Below are positions 1 to 11,702 of a DNA stretch of 64,000 bases, in pieces. The first letter of the stretch is position 1, and each line of letters begins with the position of its first letter. The stretch comes from Nitrospirales bacterium (lineage in GTDB: Bacteria; Nitrospirota; Nitrospiria; Nitrospirales; UBA8639): NCBI GenBank assembly GCA_965203295.1, contig CBDBCZ010000018.1, positions 32,001-96,000 of the forward strand, in the 5' to 3' direction. Made by a program: the position numbers and the translations under genes. The notes below the pieces were generated by a model. The model was not told where the DNA came from. It worked only from the letters and a program-made list of their open reading frames with translations, and did not search any database.

Positions 1-30
1 GTGGCACATTTGGTGACACTTAATCTGAAA

Positions 31-470
31 CTTCATCAACCCCATATGGTCGGAAAGCACTTCATGAGGCAATCGTGAATATGTCACTTTTTTGTTGATA
101 CAACATTCTTCGGAATTTTTATAGCTACTTTAACACCTTCACTGGACAAAGTGCGTCGACCAAGTGTAAAATTTATGCCATATTGGTATACATTTTGAGG
201 TGATTGCAAATTTACCATTTGTCGCTGCTCCGCCAGCTACTGTTTTTTCCTGACGTTTGATATGCGTATCTTCATCAACCCCACATGGTCGGAAAGCACT
301 TCATGAGGCAATCATGAATATGTCACTTTTTTGTTGATACAACATTCTTCGGAATTTTTATGGCTATTTAAACCTTCACTGGACAAAGTGTGTCGACCAA
401 GTGTAAAATTTATGCCATGTTGGTGTACACATCAAGGCGATCGGAAATATGCCATTTGTTGCCACCCCGT
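31..470. repeat. Tandem duplication, ~239 bp unit, about 2 copies
   Basis: cttcatcaacccca...ggtcggaaagcacttcatgaggcaatc...ccttcactggacaaagtg...aaaatttatgcca starts at ~31 and again at ~270. Confidence 0.85.
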
Positions 471-486
471 CCTTTTATCAAAACTC

Positions 487-990
487 CACCCATTTTTCAC
501 ACCTATGTAAAAATTTGGCAAATAGGTCCTGGGGGTCGTACAAAGGTATTGTGAGAGTATCAGAGTGATCCGACACTTCTTATGCTAGATAGGGCCTATG
601 GAAGTTTTCAGTAAGTCACAAGATATCACATGATCCTGCACATTTCTGTCAAAAATTTCAGTTGGCAGGTACTGTTTTTTTCCCTGAGTTGTTCGCTGTC
701 TTATTCTGAAGTGAGAGCTACAGAACAGGAGCAGCCACTAACCCAGCACTACCAAAGTGAGACAATGAGCAACCCACATACCGATATCCTGTGGCAAGCA
801 GGCTTTTACAGTTGTAAATCCTCCATACTGCCTTCTCTGTGGAAGTAAAAAGCAATTTTTGATACTACTTTTAGAAACACCATTTCCTAGGGACGGATTT
901 TCTTCAAACTTAATACGAATTGAGATATACCTATACTAATTAATTTTAATTTTAAAAAATTTATATGGCTTCTTTGCAATCACTGTTATG
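487..990 (+). repeat. Dispersed non-coding module upstream of tyrosine-recombinase-family genes (relatives at ~25410-25580 and ~61241-61760)
   Basis: Shared blocks tttttcacacct...tcctgg...agagtgatc...tcaca.ga.atc.c..gatcc.gcaca at all three sites; gccttctctgtggaagt.aaaa...ctaattaa.tttaatt is shared with the 61.6-61.75 kb copy. Confidence 0.65.
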
Positions 991-1287
991 ACTGCAAATA
1001 TTATTCATAAATTAGGACTGTATTTATTGCAGGTAGTGAAGTTGGCCAAAAGTGAATTATTTCAGGAAGCATTGATCGCTACACATGTAAGTTGATAAAG
1101 CAATTATTTCACGGAACGAACAAAAGAATGATGCTCTTGTTATATTGTTGTCGCAGGGATTCACCCATTCCCGACCTTAGCTCCGATGAAGAAGTAAGGA
1201 TGTCTCGGAGAATGTGTCAGAAGTAAGTACCACATCTGTTTAATGGGGTATGCATGCGTGAAATGTGGAGCATCACTTGACATTCAG

Positions 1288-1772
1288 GGTTCTCACACCT
1301 TTGGAGATTGCAATCCAGGGACTTATGAGCCATCAAGCACCCCCTGTGGTGATCAAAGAGGCCCCTGGGAAAGGGAGGGGTGTGTTTGCCACAGCCCCAA
1401 TAAGGAAGGGTCAATACGTTATGGAGTACAAGACAGAGAAAATTTACAGAAGAGAGGATAGGGTTGAGCAGGAGAGGCAGTATGCAGAGAATGGAGAAGC
1501 GTGCATGGTATTTGATGTTCAAACAAGTGAGGGGTGGTACACGCTGGATGCCACCAGGCGATTTGACACCGTAGGCAGGTTGATGAACCATGCACCTGCT
1601 CGGGTGGCCACGGTGATTCCCTTTAAGCCTCTGCAAATCAAAGAGAAGCTCAGGCTGGCTTTTCTCGCTGCTCGAGATATTGAAACAGGGGAGGAGCTCA
1701 CATGGGATTACGGTTGCCGCCCTGAGGGGCAAACTTGGCTTATGCGAGTACGCACAAAGCCAGCAACCAAGG
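1288..1772 (+). CDS. SET-domain exon, PR-Set7/SETD8-like lysine methyltransferase; probable 5' part of a degenerate SET-ZnF-tyrosine recombinase gene
   Basis: ORF 1265..1810 has GKGRGVFAT, LDAT, GRLMNH and RDIETGEELTWDYG; bounded by cattcag| acceptor and aagg|gtatgt donor. Confidence 0.85.
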
Positions 1773-1809
1773 GTATGTATAGGAATGAGCTATTGCTGGA
1801 ATTTCTATG

Positions 1810-2860
1810 AGTATTATATATGGATGCTATGTCTTGCAGTGGAGACTCCCGAGCAAAGCACAGACACAGCCCGAGGTCCCACCATCCCCAGACCATAATG
1901 GTAATCATCTCAAAGCAATTGTAGGTAGGCTAGGTAAAGGGAGGGTGAAAACTGAGCTTAATTCTAGAATAGGCAGCCATATACAACTTTTCTTGAGCTA
2001 AGCTGGTTGAAATAGTGAGTGAAGGACTTTTTATGGGTGTTTTGCATGTATCTTATGTCTTACAGTGGAAACTCTCGAGCAAACCACAAACACACCCCCA
2101 GAGGAGCCACCATCCCCAGACCATAATGGTAATCACCTCAAAGCAATTGTATGCATGCTAGGAAAAAGAAGGGTCAAAACGGAGCTCAATTCTAGAACAG
2201 GCAGCCATATGGAGCTTTGCTTGAGCTAAGCTGGTTGAAATGAGTGAAAAAACTTTTATGGGTGCTTTGCATGTATCTTATGTCTTACAGTGGAAACTCT
2301 CGAGCAAAACACAAACACAGCTCCAGAGGTGCCACCATCCCCAGACCACAATGGTAATGACCTCAAAGCAATTGTAGGCATGCTAGGGAACGGGAGGGAC
2401 ACAGCTGAGCTTAATTCTAGAACAGGCAGCCATATAGAACTTTGCTTTACTTGAGCTAATCTAGTTGAAATGAGTGAGTGAAGGAATGTTTGTGTGCTTT
2501 GCATGTATCTTGTGTCTTACAGTGGAAACTCTCGAGCAAAACACGAACACAGCCCCAGAGGTGCCACCATCCCCAGAGGTGCCACCATCCCCAGACCATA
2601 ATGGTATATAATGACCTCAAAGCAAATGTATGCATGCTAGGGAAAGGGAGGGTCAAAACAGAATAGCTGTTTTTTAATCTAGCAATGGGAATGGACAGCC
2701 ATACAAAACTTCGCTTGAGCTATGCTAGTTGAAGTGAGCGAGTGAAGGAATTTTTATTGGCACTTTGCATGCATGTATGTCTTACAGCGGAGACTCCCAA
2801 GCAAGATACAGCCACTGCCCCAGAGCTTGCACCATCCTTGGACCATAATGGTAAATGATC
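1810..2860 (+). repeat. ~225 bp tandem intron+mini-exon repeat, about 5 copies
   Basis: Each unit has gtcttacag|tggaaactctcgagcaaa...ccatccccagaccataatg|gtaa, a ~63 nt phase-1 exon reading VETLEQTTNT.PE.PPSPDHN; the first copy is frameshifted. Confidence 0.8.
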
Positions 2861-3799
2861 TGTCAGCAGTAGCTAGAAAAAGAGAGAGTCAAAGCAAAAC
2901 TACTGGTCTTAAATACAATTAGACACAGCATCGATAGACATATAGAACTTTCTTGGAGCTTTGGTGGTTTGAATATATTGCTTCCAAACATTTCAGAAAA
3001 TGAGAGTGAGGAAAAAACAACGGAGAAGTCAGAAGGTACACTACAGATGCTAACCATCAGAATTGCATTTCTGTTGAAGTATTAACTCACTATCCTTTCC
3101 TCGAATGGCCAGATATTCCCAATGGTACATGCCCAATTTGTCAGCGAGAGGACATCCCGTTGGCTGTTTTGAAGAGCCACACGCAGTTCTGTGCAGATAA
3201 TGAGCTACAACAGGTGTGAAATTCCCTTGTTGGAACATGTACACATTTAACAAGCGATATCCCTGCAGAGGGAATCCTACTGGATGAATCTGTCGAGGAC
3301 ACTGAAGATCCTCCCATCTATCTTACTACTGAAGGTAAAATAATTTAAGCAGGGAAAGTGTATGCATCTTGCACTTATTATACAATAAAGCGTAATAACT
3401 CATATAACCCTGACCCTAGCCTACTCTTCTGTATGCCCCTACAGTTGTGAAGGTACATCTGAGTGAAGATGAGTTTGCCATCGAAGACATTACAGGAGCC
3501 ACTCCAGGAGACGGTGATGATAAAATATGTTGACTGCACAGAAAAACTATCGTGGCTAGCATACCTGCTTGCAGTCATGATATAATGCTCAGTGCAAAGA
3601 AAGCAGACTAAGGAGTACTAGCACAATTGTTCAGTTGTAAGTGGTGACTTAACCCTAACCTAATCTATTCTTGTTTGCCACCAGTAGATGCAATGGCACA
3701 TGTCAATACACATGTCAATACAGAGGATGTCATAGACCTAGATGATCTCTCCCAGAATAGGTCTACAGAAGAGGACATTCATTGTAGACCTCACATTGC

Positions 3800-4790
3800 A
3801 CATGAGGGTAAAATGTAGACCAACTAGACCAAGGAATACATTCAGTACAAGCATGCAATTGAATGGGGAAGTACCAAACAACTTCACAAGCTTCAATTAC
3901 TTACGCTTCTATATGCACCTGCAGTTGAGAGAGTACATCTTGATAGTGAAGATATCGAGTACATAGACGTCACCACAGAGCAGGTAAATGTATTACCACG
4001 TTTGCTAATCTGCAAGAAGTGTGCTAGTAGTTTCAGAATAGGTGTAGTACTGGTACTAGACATATTAACTTCACAACTATCTCACTAGGGAGCAGACACA
4101 TCAACTGGAGTCGCAAGTGCAAGCTGTGAGATCAGCTACCAGGGCCCTATGGGAACAGACACGGACTCCGATGTCCCATTGGTGCTACGGAGGACCCAAA
4201 GAAAGAGAACCCTTTCTCACGACTCAGACACATCTAGTGACGGTCATAAGGGTAAGAAGCGGCTACACTCCCACACCTCAGGCAAGGGGGATCCACTGGA
4301 GGGTAAGATATCTTGAAGGTAGACAAACCCGACAAAAGTACATGAGCATGCAATTGAATGAAGAAAGTGCCCAAGCAATGACAAGGTCCAGTCACTTACC
4401 TTCTATATCCACCTGCAGTTGAGAGCGTACATCTCGATAGTGAGGACATCGAAGCTAATTTGGATGTGGTCACAGAGCAGGTAAAGATATTACTACTCCT
4501 TTAATGATTGCTAAGCAGCACGGAGTGTGCAGTATCTCTTAGCACTGAATCTTGACTTATTGTGTAGCTTTTTCACAACCATCTCAATAGGAAGCAGAAA
4601 CGTCGACTGGGGTCACATGTGCCGGCTATAAGATCGGCTACCGGGGCCCTATGGGGACAGACTCCGACTCTGATGTCCCATTGGTGCCACGAAGTCCCCA
4701 AGAAAAACCCTTGCTCACGACACAGACACCTCCAGTGACGGTCCTAAGGGCAAGGGCCGGCTACACTCCCACACCTCAGGCAAGCGCTTT
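3800..4790 (+). repeat. ~500 bp imperfect tandem duplication of exon/intron blocks
   Basis: gcatgcaattgaatg, cacctgcagttgagag, cacagagcaggtaaa and ggctacactcccacacctcaggcaag each recur about 500 bp apart. Confidence 0.75.
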
Positions 4791-6486
4791 CGCAGGCATG
4801 CACGGAAGAGTAGGGTAGGGAAAAGTAGCAGTTCAGAAGATGAGCCCAACCCAAAACCAAGGCCCAGAAAGAATTGCAAGAAGGACCGCCACTTAATCAA
4901 GTGGTGCCCTGTGGCTGGCTGCAGAGCCCATCCACAGCAAAGGCTGTCAACCCACATCAAAAACATGCACCCGCACATCTCTAAAACAGCAAGGAGAGAC
5001 ATGTGCGAGTCGGCCACGCCGATCAGAAGGAAGCGCACACCACCAGTTCGCCCAAAGGACACCCCCTCAATTGTTTCCCTCTTCAGCAAGGCAAGGCATG
5101 AGCAAGCACAACAACCTGCAGTAGCTGAAGTGGTTGTGCAGCACAGCAGCACCCGGCAGTTTGCAACCTTTCCATCTACCCATCCGCAGCTTGAGAAGTT
5201 CAGAGTGTTCCTGAGAGAGCTGGATGGAGGGCGCAAGAAGGGGAGTGAGGTCCAGCAAATAACTGTAGACCTCAACAAAGTTCGCTTCTGCAGGCCGAAG
5301 GGCAAAGCACCTATCTGGTCCGATCTCCTCAATCAGGTGAAGGTCCGTCGCTACCTCGATCTTCTTGAAGACACAGGCGCATGTGGCCTTTCCGGGCAGC
5401 TCACAAAGCTGGGCCGGTTAGTGCACGGCCTGCGATTTCTCCGGCTGCGGGTTGCCGGCGATGATGCAATGCTAACGCATCGCTGCAACCAAATGGAGGA
5501 GCGGATCAAGGCATGGAAGGCCACCATTCGACCTTAGAGAAAGCTTCAGCAGCAGATGAAAGGCATGAGTGAAGATGATTCCTTGTCTCTGCACGATGCG
5601 ACGGCGGTGCTGAGATGCAAGGACGTATGGTCCGACGTTCGTTCGGCTCTCAGCAGGGCTGCCACAGGAGACAGGCCAACATTGAATGAATGCAGGCTGG
5701 TAATGGCTGCTGTAACCACAAGGGTTGCCTTCCGCTCCTGGCAGCAACCAGGAGCAGTGACAGGTGCTACGGTGGGCGAGTTCAATGACGCGGTGAAGGA
5801 GACGGGCAAATTGGAGGAAGCCTGTTACGTGATGTTGGTGGCACGCCACAAGACGGCCCCGGCAGGGCCCTGCTTCAGTAACACTGACCAAAGAGGATCA
5901 CTTCCTTGTTCGAGAGTACGTGAGGCACATACGCCCACATTGTGACCCCGTTGGCGACAGTTTGTTTGTGGGGGTGAAAGGCAAGCCCATCAGCCAGCTC
6001 AACCAGTCCACCCAGTGGCTGGGAGAGAAGTACAAGGTGGTGACTCCCACATGCACCCAGCTACGCAAAGTGGGAGCAACAGAAGCGGGACTGCGGTGCA
6101 GTGAGTCTACCCGACACCTCATCACCTCACAGATGGCGCACTCTGCGGTGGTGCACACCAAGCACTACGAGAAGATCAGGGGAAGCAGAGAAGCCGCCAA
6201 GGCCCATGCAGAGAGGGAAAGGTTGGCTGCTACCGCAGACAAAGGCAGCGAGTCTGTTTCTGAGGATGATAATGCTGGGCCAGAGCCCTCTAAGCAGCAG
6301 AAAGTTGCCAAGATTCCGTACTCCGAACAGGAGGTGGCCTTCATAGAGGCGTATTTCAGTGACCACATTGAAAAAGGCCGTCCTGCGAAGCCAAACGAGG
6401 CGAGGGCCTTCTTAAAGCTGCATTCCATGGAAAGGAGCTTTAAGCAAATACAGGACAAGGTCCGCCACATAATATCACAGCGTTAG
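4591..6486 (+). pseudogene. Tyrosine recombinase (Crypton-like, unclassified) with C2H2 finger and C-terminal Myb/SANT-like domain; frameshifted and stop-containing
   Basis: ORFs 4911..5537, 5556..5945 and 5920..6486: CPVAGC..HIKNMH finger; RHKT (catalytic K), TQLRK, MAHS..HY (H, Y); tail YSEQEV..F..RSFKQIQDKVR. Confidence 0.75.
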
Positions 6487-6980
6487 CCTCATGACCAACC
6501 TTTCACCTTGCACCCTTCACATCACAAATCGGTAACTCCTTTATATCACTTTTCAGCATATCTCCATTTCATTATACAACTCTTGACCAACCTCTGATGC
6601 TTCTTCAAATCACCAATCGGTAACTCTTTCATATCACTTCAGCATATCTTCACTTCATTATATAACGCTTTTCGCCTATTTCACTATACCTTTATGTAAC
6701 TCAACTGATCTTGATTCATTATCAAAACAGATTTTCATCTCATCCCAACGCTAAGCCTGGTGGCCAGTGGCATAAAGAAAAGCGGCATCAATACCGATTC
6801 CACGAAACTCCCGGGTGGCAGATGGCACAAAAGAAATGTGGCATCTACATCGATTCCAAAGTCAAATGAAATCCCCAAAAATTCCCCAAGTGACACATTC
6901 GGTGGCACAGGCCTCCGAAAAGCGGCATTTTCGGACTTTTTGTGGCATACGTCCGCCACCAACCAGGGCCCTAACCTTAT

Positions 6981-7616
6981 CTCATTGACCGCCGTAATTA
7001 CGTCACGCGCGTGATGCTCCACGCTATAATTTCTACAACAATGGCGTACTAAAAGTTTTAGCTCAGTGTTTGGCTATTTTTATGCTTACCAAGTCAAGTA
7101 TCCAGCGAATTCTGCGTTGTACTTGTTAGAAGACTATCGGATACAGCCATTGAAGGCAAAAAGGGCGGCGGATTGGATCCAAGAAGGGCTTCAGGAGCGA
7201 TAACCGAATACACGGTAAGTTCGATACGAAACTGTTGTCTTCACGCTCAGGCGGCAAAGAACGATGGTCCTACTGAAGCCCCCGACTCTCCCCTGAACCA
7301 GTTACCATTGTATCCGCCAGTGAAATTGACTACAGAGCCCGACTAACTGTGCAGCAATGTAGGTAGCCATAGCTAGTCGTCTTGATCGGTTGTATATTTT
7401 GCCGTATGTATCCGTTCCATTACAGATTAGATCGACTTTCGGCACACTTACATCATTATTAGTAATCACTCTATTCAATTTTATGGCCAATAAAGGAAGG
7501 GGTTGCTCCTCCTGGCCGTACAGTTAACTTGCCGTTTCTAAAGCCACTATAGTGGCGTGTGGCGTAGCGGAAGGATTACGTAATATCCAGTTAAGTGGCG
7601 TACGGCGCGCAATGAG
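6981..7616. mobile_element. Non-autonomous piggyBac-family element related to the 16368-19602 element
   Basis: Ends ctcattg...caatgag, flanked by ttat and ttaa; the right subterminal ~170 bp (tacatcattattagtaatc...cctggccgtac...gattacgtaa...ggcgcgcaatgagttaa) matches 19426-19606; no transposase. Confidence 0.7.
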
Positions 7617-7621
7617 TTAAC

Positions 7622-7720
7622 TTAACCCTAACCCTAACCCTAACCCTAACCTAACCCTAACCCTAATTCCACAAAGGAGCAATAAACCCCACAAAGGTAT
7701 ACCCAACCCTAACCCTAATC
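7622..7720 (+). repeat. Telomere-type (CCCTAA)n tract at the 5' end of the Penelope-like element
   Basis: ttaaccctaaccctaaccctaaccctaacctaaccctaaccctaa at 7622-7666, plus ccctaaccctaa at ~7707. Confidence 0.9.
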
Positions 7721-7746
7721 CCTCCCTCCCCTCCCTTAATAGGAGG

Positions 7747-8679
7747 ATGATGGATCCGGCCATGGAAACGGACGAAGCACTCCTCGGCCTGGTCCACCCT
7801 ACCACCGAGCAGGAGGATCCCCTCGCACCCACGGAACACCGAACACGCCCAGCCCCTCCCAACACGGACGGGAATGTGCCCGGTACATCCACGTCGAGAG
7901 TAACTACTCCCAACATTCACTATTCCATCCTACTCTCCGAGGGAGCAGAATCCCCAGAGCCCACAACAACAAACAAGGCATCTGATGACCTCCAAAAGGC
8001 AAAACAGATCATTGCTGAGGGCACAAGCCGCCTCAAAAAGTCATTAATCGTAATGATCAAGGCAGACCACCATCGTGGCAATATGAAGACTGCTGCCACA
8101 ACAGGGGCGTGCCCAAAAGGCATGCAGGCTAATGTCCCCCTGATGGCTTATGCAGCCGACGCGGCCCTAAAAAAGGAGTGGGATAACACCCTATCTGAGT
8201 GTTCCCAAAATCTCCTTGCCCTCCTCATTAACCATTATGAGGGAATGGTAAGGGCAGAGATCAGAACTCAGAAGGACATCCAGGCCCAATAAATAATGCC
8301 AACCTCCCCCCACCGACACTGAATACCTGTGCCGCCTATGGAGGGAAGAAACAGATGCGGCGGTGAAAGAAGCCAGGCAATTTTCCACAAACAGGCAAGG
8401 TCCCAAACAGGACACACGAAAACAGCAACGAAGCCCCCATCAAACTCCGAAGCCGTAAATTTGAGGGAGGAACTCGAAAAACTAAAATCTACGGTTAATG
8501 CCCTCCAGAATCCCAACAAGGATTTTTGCCGCCCCGCGTTCCCCAGGGGAAGAGGATGCGGGCGCGGACGACCACGAAGAGAGGAGCCCGGAGACCTTTC
8601 CCAAGGGGAGGGCGCTCTCAAGGCTACGGCTACACCACGCCTTACGGCGGAAGAAAACCTAACTGAACAAGAGACTTAA
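7747..8679 (+). pseudogene. Upstream ORF1-like region of the Penelope-like element, broken; function unknown
   Basis: ORFs 7747..8292 and 8329..8679, with helical/coiled-coil-like segments (LREELEKLKSTVNALQ) and an RG-rich end, directly 5' of the RT. Confidence 0.45.
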
Positions 8680-9387
8680 AAAGTCGAACATCAGTAGCCC
8701 TAGTACATGTATCTATGACAATATAGTCAACTTATCATCTGCCACTTTATCGAACATTGAACAGCAATTGCTATGTAAAGGCTTATCATTTATTCCTAAA
8801 CCAAAACATATCCGATTGTACGACTTATACCGCGACACGAATAAATTCGTGTCCAGCATGAGATATCGGAATGAACACTATAGTCAAACTAACAAACCTA
8901 AGTCACTTTTCCACAGGCGGGGCGACTATAGAGCCCCCCCTACCAGTAGTCTGGACTTGGAAAACTGTATAGAAAAACTCAAGCTTGACCTTGTAGGCAT
9001 AGCCTATGAACAGGATAAAGCAGACAATCTGACTAGGGCTGAAAGAAGGGCACTCAAAGACCTAAAGGCCAGAGATGACATAGTTATTAACAAAGCCGAC
9101 AAGGGCTCCACTATTGTCATCCAGGATATAGACAGTTACCTAACCGATGGACTAAAACATTTAGCCAAACCCTCAGTCTATAGACACTTACAAAAAGACT
9201 CCACCACTGAAATCAAGAGGGATATCTGTCTAATGCTCGAGCACCTCCAAAGGGCTGGAATGCTCGACAGAAACATGACGGAATTCTGTATGACCCCTAA
9301 AAAGCGCAGAACTTCCCAGCTATATTTTCTCAAGAAAATACACAAGAATCCCATGGGAATTTGACCAATAGTCTCCAGTGTTAATAG

Positions 9388-11702
9388 TGTAACGCAGTAC
9401 CTCTGTAGTCGAGGCTGCACTAGCGACCCTAACCCTGAACAGTAACTGATTGCCTTACTGACTGATTCAAAGAGAGTCTCTACACTTGCTACTACAATAC
9501 TTATATATAGAAACTACATCACACCTAAGCCATAGGACTACAACACTACTACAACAGATGGCTAGAACATTAACAGTCTCAGTCACTAACAGTATCAAAG
9601 TCATGGCGCATTAACACTTATTTGCACTCCGTTACATCACTCCCTCTCTTAATGAAGCTCGACCCCGAGCGTCTCCTTGTGCTTGCTGCTGAAGGTCGAT
9701 GATGCTTTCTGTCTCAGGTAACAATCGCTGTCCCGCTGGAGTGACTGCAACGTCCGTACTCATACAGTTAGTACTGTGGCTTCACTGGTCTTCTTTTGTT
9801 GAGGTGGCTGCTTCCGTCCGCCTCTCCAAATCTCTACATTGGGGTGGTAGGAGATTATGCCCAGCTGACGACATACACCTTCTGATAGCAGTAGCTGGTC
9901 GTGGGCATCCATCTTCAGGTAGATCGGGGTTGTCATCGTCTTTTCCCCAAACGAAAGATCTAGGTCCATTCAGCCATCTAGGGTGAACGGTTTCCGGTTT
10001 TATGTCCGGGGAACTTTGTCTGAACCGTGCAGATCTTTTCTTTTCAGCTTGGCTGCAGCGGCCACTTTCTTGAACAGTGCACCACCCATTATCGTGATGT
10101 CAGCGCCACTGTCAAGGACTCCTACCACTGGTACACCCTGGATCTGTACTCGGACACACCTGGGTCTGCTTCCTTCATCGCTCACTCGGACCACTCGCAC
10201 TTCACCGTCACCTTCTGAGTCTGATGAGTCTGAGAAGAGAAAGTCCAACGGATTTGGTCTTCCTGGTGAAGTCACGGGTGTCTCGGCTCCTTGGTTGACC
10301 TGAACTGTTTTGGTGTTTGCTGGTCTCGTACTGATGGACACGGGTTGTCCCCTGCTCTCTGGCTTGTTTGCCCGACAATCACGTGCCATGTGTCCGGGTT
10401 TGTTGCAAACGTAGCACCTCTTGTCACTGCCCTGAACTGGGGTTGACATGGGTACCTGTGTAGTGCTGCCTCTTCTTTAGTTCTGCCAGCCGCTTCTCCT
10501 CGTTCTTTGATGCTAGGCACAGTTGCTTGTAGGTCTGTGCCCCAGAAACGGAGGGTGCCTTCATGATTTCATACTTCAGGCCTTCCTGCAATTGGCCATG
10601 AAGCAGAGTGTCCGTCGTCTTTACCGACATGCCTTCTCTCCCATAGGCGATGCGAAATGTTCTCTCAAGGCGTCGGATGAAGTCAGCTGCAGACTCGGCC
10701 TCTCTCTGGACTGTGTGGCGGAAATCTTGTGCTGCTAAGGCTTTACCCCCAGGGTCCAAGCGGCTACGCAGAGCTTGTGTAGCATCTACGTACGTCTTCT
10801 TGTCGACATCCCCTAGCAGATTCCATTCCTGAAGGGCTCAATCGCGTAAATGCCCGGCCAACTGAATCAGACGTTCCTCCTCGGTCCAACCATTCCATGT
10901 ACTGGCCCTTTTGAGTGCCGGGAGCCAGTCGTCTAGGCGAACTTCTGGATTTTCCCCGGTAAAAGGATCAATAGGTGGAGCCTTGCCACGACGTCGGGGT
11001 GGCACCGTGCCTGAAAGCCTAGAATCTGTAGATCTATGCTCTACCTCTGGACTATCTCTTCGAGGGAGCTCCATCGTGCTGGGCAGAGACCTTCCTGGTA
11101 CACGACGGCTCACTTCTAGTCCTTGGAGCCTAGCTTTTAGGGATTCTAGCTCCTTATCCTTCGCTGAAACAATGAGGTCATGCTCCTCTAGCTGTTCGCA
11201 ATTCAGCCTCCAGAGTTCTTTGACTCGGCATTGTCCTCTCTCCACTCTCTCTCTCAGCAAGCTCGTGCCAGCTGCTGCATGTAGGCAACTGTAAGCCGCT
11301 TAGAATTCAGAGGTAGAGGGCGGCGACCGCATGGGGCCAGCTCATTGCGCTGTTCCTCGCCTCCTTCTGCCATACTGGACTGGTCCGGTCCTTGCTAAAT
11401 TATTCGGAGCACCTTGATTCCTCTGTCATTGAAGTCTCGGCGGGACCTCCACTGTAACGCAGCACCTCTGTAGCCGAGGCTGCGCTAGCGACCCTAACCC
11501 TGAACAGTAACTGATTGCCTTACTGACTGATTCAAAGAGAGGTCTCTACACTTGCTACTACAATACTTATATATAGAAACTACATCACACCTAAGCCATA
11601 GGACTACAACACTACTACAACAGATGGCTAGAACATTAACAGTCTCAGTCACTAACAGTATCAAAGTCATGGCGCATTAACACTTATTTGCACTCTGTTA
11701 CA
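9388..11702 (-). mobile_element. Internally deleted Ty3/Gypsy-type LTR retrotransposon
   Basis: Near-identical ~250 bp LTRs at 9388-9636 and 11453-11702 (TG...CA), 4-bp TSD ATAG, PBS-like tctcggcgggacctcca at 11435-11451 (resembles the tRNA-Gln 3' end), purine tract at 9637-9650 on the minus strand. Confidence 0.92.
9760..11260 (-). pseudogene. gag-protease remnants; RT, RNase H and integrase are missing
   Basis: RRGKAPPIDPFTGE gag motif, CCHC knuckle CYVCNKPGHMARDC, aspartic protease LDSGA; broken into four ORFs. Confidence 0.85.

Noticed and set aside
1288..1772. Host SETD8 orthologue, or functional partner of the viral H4-like proteins
   Set aside because: It sits in a degenerate recombinase-linked gene about 25 kb outside the viral unit; nothing in the sequence links the two.
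7622..7666. True telomere
   Set aside because: Only about 7 units, interstitial and flanked by mobile elements.
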